35,556 nucleotides of DNA from Octopus bimaculoides. Lineage: Eukaryota. Below are positions 24,482 to 35,556 of the stretch, in pieces. The notes beneath the pieces were generated by a model that was given only the letters and a program-made list of their open reading frames with translations, ran no database searches and was not told where the DNA came from. The position numbers and the translations under genes were made by a program. How positions within the stretch are numbered: the stretch's first letter is position 1; each line of letters begins with the position of its first letter. Where the stretch lies: assembly GCF_001194135.2 (NCBI RefSeq), contig NC_069000.1:9867627-9903182 (forward strand). The letters run 5' to 3'.

Positions 24482-24819
24482 TAGGTGAATGTTGAGTGTT
24501 TCGGTTCAAGCAATAAACGAATTTTTGTATACAAGGTTATATAATGCACTTTAAGTATTGATAAAGTGGACAAAAATAACGACTGTCATATTTTGAAACT
24601 TGGACGTGCTACAGAAAAGCTAAAGGTTGATTTAAATTTGATGTTGAAAATGTCTTTAGAAAAAGCTAATTTTTTATCGTATAAGATTTTGTTGATAAAA
24701 TTTATCTGCAATAAACTGATTATACTTCGACAATGCATAAAATATTTTAACAATTTTTTTTAATACAATTCCTAATAATACTTAATAATAAAAAATATAA
24801 TACGATTTTAAAAAAAATA

Positions 24820-24908
24820 TTGAATGGCTATGGAGGGGTCCAGCAAAGTAAAATAGGAATGAAAGGGGTCCATAGGTATATATATATAAAAAAAGTAGCG
24901 AACTACTG
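24820..24908 (+). mobile_element. hAT (Charlie-like) 3' terminus remnant
   Basis: Two GGGGTCC subterminal motifs, then AAAAAGTAGCGAACTACTG, then GTTTAGAG (NTCTAGAN-like). Same architecture as the right end of 5029-5325. Confidence 0.55.
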
Positions 24909-25414
24909 GTTTAGAGGTTCGCTCCTTCGTTGCATCGACACGGTCAGTGTACTGTTACGGAAACAAAGGAACAAACGTTACGTTTCCTTAAGTTCTAAAT
25001 TCAAACTTCATCTCTATCTGAGAAATAATTGCAATGGAAAAAGATTAGAAGATAAATGAAATTCTTTTGGTTTGTTTCAAGTAAGGTATTACTGGCAAAA
25101 TAAAAAAGAAACGAAGGAAAAGGAAGATGAAAAAAAAAAAAAAAACAAGACAAAAAAAAATGTAAGAAACTAATTATAAATGCTGGGTGTTTATCATTTC
25201 ATATTTGACTACTACTCAGAAATTCACCTTATTTTATCGCAACCACTTTGTACGTGAGTACGGGTAGTTGAGTTTGTATGTATGTATGTATGTATGTATG
25301 TATGTATGTATGTATGTATGCATGCATGCATGTATGTATGCATGTATGTATGTGTATATATATTTGTATGTATGTAGGTATGTATGTGTATATGTACATA
25401 TGTAAATATGTTTG

Positions 25415-25478
<64 letters not shown>

Positions 25479-25983
25479 NNNNNNNNNNNNNNNNNNNNNN
25501 NNNNNNNNNNNNNNNNNNNNNNNNNNNNNNNNNNNNNNNNNNNNNNNNNNNNNNNNNNNNNNNNNNNNNNNNNNNNNNNNNNNNNNNNNNNNNNNNNNNN
25601 NNNNNNNNNNNNNNNNNNNNNNNNNNNNNNNNNNNNNNNNNNNNNNNNNNNNNNNNNNNNNNNNNNNNNNNNNNNNNNNNNNNNNNNNNNNNNNNNNNNN
25701 NNNNNNNNNNNNNNNNNNNNNNNNNNNNNNNNNNNNNNNNNNNNNNNNNNNNNNNNNNNNNNNNNNNNNNNNNNNNNNNNNNNNNNNNNNNNNNNNNNNN
25801 NNNNNNNNNNNNNNNNNNNNNNNNNNNNNNNNNNNNNNNNNNNNNNNNNNNNNNNNNNNNNNNNNNNNNNNNNNNNNNNNNNNNNNNNNNNNNNNNNNNN
25901 NNNNNNNNNNNNNNNNNNNNNNNNNNNNNNNNNNNNNNNNNNNNNNNNNNNNNNNNNNNNNNNNNNNNNNNNNNNNNNNNNNN

Positions 25984-26061
<78 letters not shown>

Positions 26062-26526
26062 CGACACACACACAGCGACACACACACAGCGACACACACA
26101 CGCACACACACAACTGCGGAAGCTTCACTTTTGTAAATATAACCATTTCCCTACATCTGAAATAGTTTCGATTGTAAGAGGAGAAGAGCTGGCCACCAGC
26201 CAGCCTCAGGAATGCTCTCGAGTTTGTAGCTTTCCTAAATGGCATGTACTCAAAGAGACTCACCGAATTAGGCTTCGAATAGAAACAGAGTTGAAGAGAT
26301 GGCAGACGAGGATTTGTTGTCGTTGCAGCTGTTATATTCACTTAGCGCCATTCGTAATGTTGTTGTTAGCATGCGGCTATAGACCGGGGATTATAGCAGG
26401 GTGAGGGCATTTATCCTGGGTAGTCAAGATAGTCGAGATTGACTCTGGTTATATTAGCTTGTTACCAATTTACTGGCATTGTTAGCATGTGCCTGGAGAT
26501 TATAGTTAGGTGAGGGCTTTTGTTCT

Positions 26527-26756
26527 CTCTTTACTCTTTTACTCTTTTACTTGTTTCAGTCATTCGTCTGCGGCCATGCTGGAGCACCGCCTTTAGTCGA
26601 GCAAATCGACCCCAGGACTTATTCATTGGATGCTTAGTACTTATTTTATCGGTCTCTTTTGCCGAACCGCTAAGTTACGGGGACCTAAACACACCACTAT
26701 CGGTTGTCAAGCGATGTTGGGGGGACAAACACAGACACACAAACACATACACACAC

Positions 26757-26801
<45 letters not shown>

Positions 26802-26959
26802 TACGACGGCCTTCTTTCAGTTTCCGTCTACCAAACCCACTCACAAGGCTTTGGTCGGCCCAAGGCTATAGTAGAAGACACTTGCCCAAGGTGCCACGCA
26901 ATGGGAATGAACCCGAAACCATGTGGCTGGTAAGCAAGCTACTTACCACACAGCCACTC
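26527..26959 (-). mobile_element. Full-length SINE family A, the best copy in the window
   Basis: Head AGAGTGGCTGTGTGGTAAGTAGC, B-box-like GGTTCATTCCC, CORE-like GGCACCTTGGGCAAGTG, internal (TA)/(TG) tract, 3' module, (GTAAAAGA)n tail. Confidence 0.95.
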
Positions 26960-27134
26960 TAGTTACTTAAGGTTCCTGGACTGTTTCTAAGTGGCCCTCT
27001 TTAAGGACCCTCTCACACATTTGTATGCTGTGAATACTGATAGTTTTGTTTCTTCACTCATCCTTTTTTCTACGTATGTCTTCACACTTTCTGCAAGCTG
27101 TCTTTGAAATGTCTCCTCGTCCGTTGACCTTGTG

Positions 27135-27415
27135 ACGCTGGCATAATCGTTAGCTCCGCGGACAAAATGCTTCGTGGCATTTGTTCCGGCTCTGCGTTCT
27201 TAGTTCACATACTACCGAGGTCAACGTCAACTTTACTTTTCATTCTTTCGGTTTCGATTAAATTAGTTCGGTACCAATCACGTACAGGGATCGTTGTTAT
27301 CGACTTACCTTCTTCTTCTTCTTCTTCTTCTTCTTCTTCTTCTTCTTCTTCTTCTTCTTCTTCTTCTTCTTCTTCTTCTTCTTCTTCTTCTTCTTCTTCT
27401 TCTTCTTCTTCTTCT
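27135..27415 (+). mobile_element. Diverged SINE family B copy followed by (TTC)n (27309-27415)
   Basis: CTGGCATAATCGTTAGC..GACAAAATGC...TAGTTCACAT...GGTACCAATCACGTACAGGGATCG. Confidence 0.75.
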
Positions 27416-27626
27416 ATAATTACTGGCTTTGTGCCGAAATTTGAAAGAATTATAATTATCGTTCCTATTATAGCAACCTGCAATGGACCCGTAATTCTAC
27501 TCCAATTCTTTAAAGAAACATGAAAGTTATGAAGCAGAAGTAGTAATAACGGACGTTCAGCTTGCCTTGTCTCCATAGTATATACGCGACTGACTGTACG
27601 ATAGTACTCTACCATCTAAAGAAGAC

Positions 27627-27762
27627 ACCAATCCATCGCAGGGTTATTCCTCAGCTATTACCGGTACTAGTTTTCGGCTGAGTGAACTCGAAAAACGTGA
27701 AATGATAATGCTATGCTATGTTGAACAAATTACCGCTCGGCTTGGGAATCGAAACCACGACC
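27627..27762 (-). mobile_element. Third, old tRNA-derived SINE family
   Basis: On the minus strand GGTCGTGGTTTCGATTCCC (B-box) ...CATTTCACG...GTTCACTCAGC...ACCCTGCGATGGATTGG, typical of ancient metazoan SINE bodies and tails. Confidence 0.6.
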
Positions 27763-28040
27763 ATACAAGCCTTCACATATTATTACTACTACTGCTAATT
27801 CCTTATTGTTTGTTTGTTTGGTCGGTTGGTTGGTTGGTTGGTTGAACTGGTAACTTGGGAATCCTCTACATTAACATCCCCCAAAATCCAAACTAAACAT
27901 GTTTGATTATACAGAAAACAAGATTTCTGTTGTATTAAAGAGAAAAAGTAGAATCTGCGGAAACCAGCGATGCTTTACATTGGTGAGTAGTAAATTACAC
28001 TGAATGGAATAAATTAGTTTTACCGTGAGGAAAAAGAGAC

Positions 28041-28078
28041 GGCTGACGTTTCGGGCAACATCCCCCATCAGAAAAGCG
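28041..28078 (-). ncRNA. Decayed minimal hammerhead-ribozyme-like motif (Penelope type)
   Basis: Minus strand CTGATGG-GGG-ATGTTG-CCC-GAAAC-GTC-AGCC: core with one A-to-G change, 3-bp GC stem II, palindromic ACGT helix III. Stem I is weak. Confidence 0.5.
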
Positions 28079-28527
28079 AAATGCTAACTCTTTTTTGAAT
28101 TGAGAGACCAATAACTGATCTACTTTATTTAATCTATTTGCCTCTAGTCAATGAGTGACCGATTAAAAACAACAGCCAAAGTTCCCTAAAATCCCTCCCT
28201 ACCGTCATAAAAAGAGAAAGAGTACACTGGATAATGTACTTATACATTCACTATATCTCAAGAAAAGACGTGATGGTCAGGTCTGGAATCTCTCTAATTG
28301 TGTATTTGTTCTAGACGGAGTCTGGGGCCAAACGACAACAACAATAACAATAACAGCAGACTATTACTGTATGCACTAATTGCATTTGTTTTATAAATTA
28401 GTTACTAGAGAAAGTACAGTATCCATAAACTTGACCTTTGCAGGTCGTTCTCAAGCTGGTCAGATCGATGTCATTGGCTCCACCGGAGAATCGTGATTAA
28501 AGGCTGGGGGAAGAAACAGGGACAAAT

Positions 28528-28718
28528 CAGGGCCGTCTTTTGCAGCGTTGAAGGCCCTCAGGAAAATCAACGCACGGGGCCATATAGTATTTATTTCTTG
28601 ATACCACACCACACCACACCACACCACACCACAACGTACATAGATCAGAATTGGGGCTCTTAGACCTGAGAGGCTCCTAGACAACTGCCCTGTGCGCTCA
28701 TGCCTTAAGATGGCACTG
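28528..28718. mobile_element. ~190-bp decayed hAT MITE containing a (CACAC)n tract
   Basis: TIRs CAGGGCCGTCTT / CAGTGCCATCTT (10 of 12 match); putative TSD GGACAAAT / AGTCAAGT (5 of 8 match). Confidence 0.6.
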
Positions 28719-29125
28719 AGTCAAGTCTCGAGACATACAATAGTGTAAACACTGCTAAAGTTCCCAAGACCCCAGGTGCGAGCGTTAGATCAGGTGACAC
28801 AGACTCATTCACTCCCTTCGGTGAGAGAGAGAGAGGTGGGGTGAGAACTTCTATATATTATTATAAAGACTCAATTCTCTTTGCTGTTTCTTGTAATACC
28901 GAACCCATAATCACGGGAATTAAAATATAGATGAAGGTGTTGTCCAGCGACCTCTCTTTGCTGTAAAGCTAAACCAGGGTGAATCAGTGGCTTTAATTCC
29001 CGGACAGACTGAATCACTACAGATAGTCTTTGCCGAAGACCGCGTAACATCTGTTGTATATAATTTTTAAAGTATCATAGGACGGAATAGCTGAAGTTTA
29101 TCTTAATAAGGTTTGTGTGTTTGCA

Positions 29126-29156
<31 letters not shown>

Positions 29157-29171
29157 GTGTGTGTGTGTGTT

Positions 29172-29215
<44 letters not shown>

Positions 29216-30078
29216 CGCATACAAATGGTATGTACGTATACATAATAAAGTAAATCAAAAGGTAATGAAAACAAAAATTGCATTACTTTTGACTCACTAT
29301 ATATACATATATATATATATTGTGTGTGTGTATATATATATATACATACATATGTATATAAATATAAATATATATATATAGGTATATACATATGTGAGTG
29401 TATATAAATATGTATATATACATACCTTTATTTATATCACACACACACACACGCACGCATACGTGTGTGTGTCTATGTTTGACAGCAGTTTTACCAGGAA
29501 TATTTATTATTTTGCAGTAGACCTGAAGCGTTTGACTTCGTTGGTATTTTATATATATATATATATATATAAATTTCCGTTTGCGCAATCCTTCCTACTT
29601 TGTGTATATTTATTGCCATGAAACCAAATACCTGGTAGACATTTTTAATGCTAGATGCTGCAGAAGTTGAGTTAACATTTGTTTTCTTAAACGAGGTGGT
29701 TCTAGAAACATATATATATATATTTTTCTCATTTTTTGAAATGTTTAACACTTTGTATCCCCGGTTGGCTGAAGAAGGTACAGCCGTCAGATGGTGATGA
29801 GAATTAGAATATACTTCAGTTTAAATAAGGTGTTATCGCTTTGTTATCCGACCGTGATGCAATGCTTAGGTCTTCTCTCTGGCTTTAGTTACCGTTATTA
29901 CAACGAAACGTGTCCTTCAGAATTTGAGAGCTTAAATATTTTCAAGGTTACGAGTTAAACTAAACATTTATCATGTATTTATTGAATCCCAATTTTATTA
30001 AAGAGAATCAAAGAAACAAACAAGGAAAGAATAAATAAAAGGGGGTATTAAGCACTTGGGGGAGGAGGGTGTAATGGG

Positions 30079-30180
30079 TCACACCCCCAGGAAAAATGGT
30101 ATGTTCAGCCGCGCCCCCCGGACATGACCGCCAACGACCAACGACACGCGTTGCAGCAGATACTCCACCTCGCGGGGCTC
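30079..30180 (-). mobile_element. Possible second CRE-like C-terminal fragment
   Basis: GC-rich patch whose minus frame reads EPREVEYLLQRVSLVV..., aligning with DAREGAWLSQRLSLAI at 4876; similarity is lost after about 16 residues. Confidence 0.3.
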
Positions 30181-30855
30181 ATATATTTAGTAACGTATCC
30201 AAATGTACCAATACTTACAGATTTAATTCATTTACAGTCGATGGTTAATTAAAACATGATACTTCTTTGATAGTAATGGCGAATGGCGAAAACGATAAAG
30301 CGACAGAGTAATGCCTTTTGTTATTTAGTTACATATCTTAATAATCCAACGAATGCAGTGAAATTACGTCAGTGACTAGGATAGATATGTTCGACGAAAT
30401 TTTTTGACAGTTTATAGTATAGAGTACTCTAAACTCTCCTAAAGTAAATAAAATAAGTTTGTTTTTAAATGGTTGTCACAACACTTCTCCGATGTAATTA
30501 TATATGTATAAAACAGAGCCTGAAAGATTGCTTTAAGATACGTGGCATATTTTATAAATACGCCTGTCCAAGTATCATAATAGCATGAAACTATTAGTAG
30601 CTCTTTCGGTTATATATATATATATATATATATATTGCCAAGAGTAGAAAAGGATATATATACATGTGTGTATGCATGTGTATGCGTGCGTTTATATATA
30701 TATATATATATACACACACATGCATGCACCAAGGTACCTAGATACCTACATGTATTTGTGCATATATGTGTGTGTTCGTGAGGTGTGTATCCAAACGAAA
30801 GGAAAGACCACTCGACGCCAAAGAATCTGGGAAACCGGCTCATACCCTTGATCTT

Positions 30856-31075
30856 AATAATAATAATAATCCTTTCTGCTATAGGCACAAGGCCTGAGAT
30901 TTGATGGGATGGGGTCTATGTTGATTATATCGTCCCCAGCGCTTAAATAGTACTTATTTAATCGACCTCAAAGGGATGAAAAAGCAAAGTCAATCTCGGC
31001 GGAATTTGAACACAGAGCGTGAGGACTGACGAAATACAGCTAAGCATTTTGCCCGGCATGCTAACGATTCTGCCA
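30856..31075 (-). mobile_element. Near full-length SINE family B with (ATT)n tail
   Basis: On the minus strand TGGCAGAATCGTTAGCATGCCGGGCAAAATGC...GTGTTCAAATTCCGCC...CCTTGTGCCTATAGCAGAAAGG(ATT)n. Confidence 0.9.
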
Positions 31076-31319
31076 AGGTGGCGAACTGCTTGAAGCGTTG
31101 GAATATCGGATAGGCTACCGTGCGTTATTTAATCCAACCCTCTGCGCCCGGCGTTCACATCACACCAAGGCAACTTTGGCTTTTATATCATGGGATTCGA
31201 TAAATAAAACAAGAGCTGAGTTCTCTCATTCATAATCGGATTACTGAACGAACCAGAAAAGCTATATTCACATCGCGGCCCCGTAAACCCTTTCCCCATA
31301 ATTCTGTGGACACAGCAAG

Positions 31320-31400
<81 letters not shown>

Positions 31401-32539
31401 GCACATATATGTATATAATTTGTATTAACAGCTGGATTCAGAAGTATTTTCACAGATGTGTAAAAATAAACATACCTGATCGTTCTGAGTTATGCATATA
31501 TATATATATATGGATTATATATGTATATATATATGGATTATATATGCATGTGTGTGTATGCGTGTGTGTGCGTGTGTATGTGTGTGTGTGTGTGTGTGTG
31601 TGTTGATGGATAGATACATATGATGCTATTAGATAAATATAAACGTATTTTCTTTAAATGGAAATATTCGAGATTCATTCCTTTCGTTTATTTTATTTCG
31701 CATAGACATTACTTATACCTCCAACTAATTTCTAATTAGTTTTAGAGTACTTTCGATAAACAAAAGCCTAGGTCAAACGAATTTGGATGTAACTTACAAG
31801 AGTTATGGTCTTTAGTTATCACATAGATCGTTTCCCAGACTTAAATTTTTCTAAATTAATATCTTACCTAGAGCTCTCTGGTTGTATTTTGACTTCATTG
31901 TTAAGGCAGGCATTTTCCAGTTAACTCCGTTACCTTTAATGCATTTAGATTGCTTTATAATCTAAGCCATCCGAACAATTATTATCTACTAGCTTAAAAG
32001 CAGCACTCTGTGTGGACATTTAAGTTAGCTCCTGCGGAGGGCTAATTGGGTCTGCGGCCCAAAACTAAAGAGAGCTAAATAGCATGACTATAATTCGTCT
32101 ATAATGACTATATGCTCCGGTGGTGTTTAACCAGAGGTTAAGGACTGATGAGAATTAATTTTGTAATGCAATCATCCTATTGTTCCAGTCCCAAGTTGAA
32201 TTCCAACTGTTGGCCAATTTATCCCAAAGTTCTTATCTCGAAGTAAAATTAACGAAGCGATCTCTGACGTTATCTGACAAACACCACCAAAATGGTGTGA
32301 ATCAGCCAAGCTTTACCTGCTAGAAATAGGAACCCAAATGCTTTTAAACCAGATCCCGGTGCTGAATGTTCAAGAACCAAATAAAGGGCAGATTTTCAAT
32401 CCTGGGATCATCCTGATTCCAAAATGGTATAATATGTCTATGTAGGGCAAATGTAGGCTGAGATACAGAGGTCTCAGACGGACAGACATAATTTCGCTTT
32501 TATTATTATAGATAAAAAGAAGTTTCTGTTAGAGCCGTC

Positions 32540-32635
32540 TATGCTGGACAGGTCAAAGGGTAGAGAACAAATTGAAATGGACCATCTCTTTCCAGAAGTG
32601 GGTTTGTGGAGAGCCAACACCCATACCTAGAAAAA
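32540..32635 (+). mobile_element. RTE-like LINE 5'-UTR fragment
   Basis: GCTGGACAGGTCAAAGGG...TCCAG..GTGGGTTTG..GAGAGCCAACACCCATACC.AGAAAAA resembles, from memory, the conserved RTE leader ending in ...GGGCTRACAACCCTACC.CGTAAAAA. Confidence 0.45.
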
Positions 32636-32762
32636 TATATATATAATTCAACTAATATTTTTGCTGGTTATTTTTCTTCGATGTATACTTATTTGCTGTT
32701 AATTTCTTGGTGTTCAAAATTTTAAACATGTTAAATGCGTTAAGGTTCACCTAAAGGCTTAT

Positions 32763-32806
32763 ACTTTACTGATGAGGCTATGCTGAGGTTGAAACATATC
32801 TAGAGT
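32763..32806 (+). ncRNA. Decayed minimal type-I hammerhead ribozyme (Penelope type)
   Basis: ACTTTA-CTGATGA-GGCT(ATGCTG)AGGTT-GAAAC-AT-ATC-TAGAGT. Stem I ACUUUA/UAGAGU is fully paired (one G.U) and the CUGAUGA and GAAAC boxes are exact. The presumed GUC reads AUC. An AATAAA lies ~20 nt downstream. Confidence 0.65.
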
Positions 32807-32865
32807 TCTCTCCCGTACTTGTTGAAATAAACCAACTATCATCACTGACAATATATTTTTACAGT

Positions 32866-33299
32866 TAGAGGCGGCGAGCTGGCAGAAACTTTAGCACGCC
32901 AGGTGAAATGTTTAACGGTATTTCGTCTGTCTTTATTTTCTGAGTTCAAATTCCGCCGAGGTTGATTTTGTCTTTCATCCTTTCGGGCTCGATAAATTAA
33001 GTACCAGTTACGCACTGGGGTCGATATAATCGACTTAATCTCTTTGTCTGTCCTTGTTTGTCCCCTCTATGTTTAGCCCTTTGTGGGCAATAAAGAAACA
33101 AGAAACGTTAGCACGCCAGGTGAAACGTTTAGAGATATTTCGTCTGTTTTACTTTCTGAGGTCAAATTCCGCCGAGGCCGATTTTGCCTTTCACCATCTT
33201 GTGGTCGATAAATTAAGTACCGGTTGCGTACTGGGGTCGATCTAAACGACTGGTACCTTCCCCAAAATTTTCGGGCCTTGTGCCTAGAGTAGAAAAGCA
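32866..33299 (+). mobile_element. Dimeric SINE family B with a 13-bp TSD
   Basis: Two head-to-tail units (~32866-33103 and ~33104-33299) with different 3' tails, flanked by ATATTTTTACAGT (32853-32865) and ATGTTTTTACAGT (33300-33312). Confidence 0.88.
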
Positions 33300-33436
33300 A
33301 TGTTTTTACAGTGATTTTTTTTCCTCGGCACAGAATCATTTACTTTTTAATGTCCGCCATTAAACTGTTAACGCCAATTTAACCAGTTACATTATGTCTA
33401 CCGAAAATATAGGCTGGGCCCAACTGGAAACGTTCT

Positions 33437-33527
33437 GGGTTCGATGTAATTATCTATACACACCTTGAAGGTGATGTTCCAACAGAGACACAGTTCAGCA
33501 ACCAAAAGTAGTAAAAGAGTAAAAGAA
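33437..33527 (+). mobile_element. SINE family A 3'-terminal fragment
   Basis: GGGTTCGAT...CCTTGAAGGTGATGTTCCA...CAGTTCA...(GTAAAAGA)2 tail. Confidence 0.6.
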
Positions 33528-33964
33528 TGTGCAAGCGAATGAAAGTAGATACTTGTAAAACGTCTGTTTCAGTATAGTGCCTTAACGTTGTACCTATACC
33601 GTCTGTGTGTATATGTGTGTGTGTGTATGTGTGAGTTTGTGTATCTGTGTTTGTATGTGCGTATGTGTGAGTATGTATCATAGTGTACTTGTCTGTTTGT
33701 CTATGCGTGTATGTGATGGATTGCATAACGAACTATAAAGCAATTATGTGTTGTTAGTACAACAGGCCATTATAAAGTCATTGGGACAGTGCTGCGTCCA
33801 TATTTTCTTGATGTTTTTTGTTTCTTATATCTTATCCAGCTTATTCTAGACACTACGTGTTAATATCCCTCCCACTCCACCCTCTCTTTCTGTCTCTCTC
33901 AATCATATACGCGCACACACGCACGCACACATGCAAATACACACAGACTCTCACACACATACAA

Positions 33965-33997
<33 letters not shown>

Positions 33998-34114
33998 TAC
34001 ACGTACACTCACACTCAAGTATAGAAAGTTAATTTTCGATTCGTCTTCATTTCCAATCATCTCATCTCTTCCCCCCATCTCCCTTTCTCTCTCCTACACC
34101 TACACCAACAGACG

Positions 34115-34155
<41 letters not shown>

Positions 34156-34499
34156 AGGACACATGCACACATACATACCACTATCATCTCTCCCTTCCTC
34201 TCTCTCTCTCTCTCTCTCAGTTTCATCTTCCACAGCCTCACTCCTGTCACTCAATTTATCATGTCAAACACACACACACACACACACACAGCCTATCTCT
34301 CTCTCACACACACACGCGCGCAAGCACACTCATACACACACTCATACACGCACACACACACACATACACACACAACACACACACACACAACACAAACATA
34401 CACATACACAACCCTTTCCCTCAACTCTTCACTCATATTCTATCTCCTGTTCTTTCTCACTTCAGCACATATCTTCCCTTCCTCTATCTCTCTCTCTAT

Positions 34500-34530
34500 C
34501 TCTCTCTCTTTCTTTCTTTCTTTCTTTCCT

Positions 34531-34610
<80 letters not shown>

Positions 34611-34785
34611 TCACTCTCTCTCTCTCACTCTCTTTCTCTCATCCTCTTTCACACTCTATCTTTCTCACTCACTCACTCAGTGAATCTCTTTCTTTTTGTT
34701 ATTCATTTTGTATCTCTCTGTCACTCTTTCTCTCTCTTTTCCCTCTCTCTCTCTCTTTCTCTCTTCTCTCCCTCTTTCTCTCTTT

Positions 34786-34818
<33 letters not shown>

Positions 34819-34934
34819 ACTTTACTTCTCTCCGCTTCCCGTATTCCCCTCACTCTACCATTCTCCTCTTTAATTTGACTACCTCTCTCTCTCCTCTTTC
34901 TATCTATAATATTCTCACACACCTCTCTCTTCCC

Positions 34935-34976
<42 letters not shown>

Positions 34977-34986
34977 NNNNNNNNNN

Positions 34987-35030
<44 letters not shown>
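34500..35030. repeat. (TCTT)n/(CT)n polypyrimidine microsatellite block
   Basis: Directly visible. Confidence 0.95.
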
Positions 35031-35032
<2 letters not shown>

Positions 35033-35556
35033 GTGCATATATGTGTATATACACACACATATACATTTCTCTCCCCGCCACCCTTTCTTTCAGCAGACGA
35101 CATATGGACGTTACTAACATCGCTTTTCTCAAAAGGAATGCTTAATGACTGAGTTAAGATTTCGAAGAATTCACCACTCCTACACAAGTACAGACACAAA
35201 CATATAGCTTATCTTACACATTCATACACAGGTAAACGAACCACACACAGACATTTACAGGTAAAGTCACACACAGACACACACACAGACACACGAAGGA
35301 CTTTGGACGAATAAGGAAGTTTAGTTTTTAGAGCGATGACACACACAGGAATGAAACACCCACACACACACCGCGGCTGCAGAAAAAAGCCCCGCCCCTG
35401 TTTGCCCATAAATGGTATTTGACTGCCTTGGTTTGAGGCGGAGCTGTTAGAGCGAAAAGGGAGAGGGGAGGGGGAGTGAAAAATGAGGAAAAAAGACAAA
35501 AGCTTGGAAGAGAGTGATGATAGTGGTGGTGGTGGTGGTGGTGGTGGTTGGTGGTG

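Noticed and set aside
26965-27135. Minus-strand frames STDEETFQRQLAESVKTYVEKR... and GQRTRRHFKDSL
   Set aside because: No splice donor. The faint RTE-like words are too degenerate to call.
29770-29925. CTGAAGA...CC-GTC and a separate GAAACGTGTC
   Set aside because: Each has only half of the hammerhead core, and they are too far apart to form one motif
31075-31235. Frame LEALEYRIGYR, reminiscent of an RNase III N-terminus
   Set aside because: No splice sites and no catalytic signature; it abuts a SINE

Overview
AT-rich, microsatellite-saturated eukaryotic DNA from a draft assembly with nine N gaps. The dispersed repeats resemble, from memory, tRNA-derived SINE families abundant in octopus, so a cephalopod origin is likely (inference, no search run). 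No host gene could be recognised. The ORF-track entries are artefacts of microsatellites, N runs or SINEs, and only a few short, low-confidence splice-bounded segments are candidate exons. The window is mainly a collection of mobile elements. It contains a bipartite CORE-like SINE with an internal microsatellite and a second SINE family, including a dimer flanked by a 13-bp target-site duplication (TSD). It also contains an intact hAT MITE with a perfect 8-bp TSD, a decayed hAT MITE, a pogo-type MITE, a decayed Sola-like transposase, RTE LINE fragments, CRE-like retrotransposon 3' ends and a ~540-bp element embedded in (TAA)n. The most unusual signals are two decayed minimal hammerhead-ribozyme motifs of the Penelope-associated type (32763-32806 on +, 28041-28078 on -).
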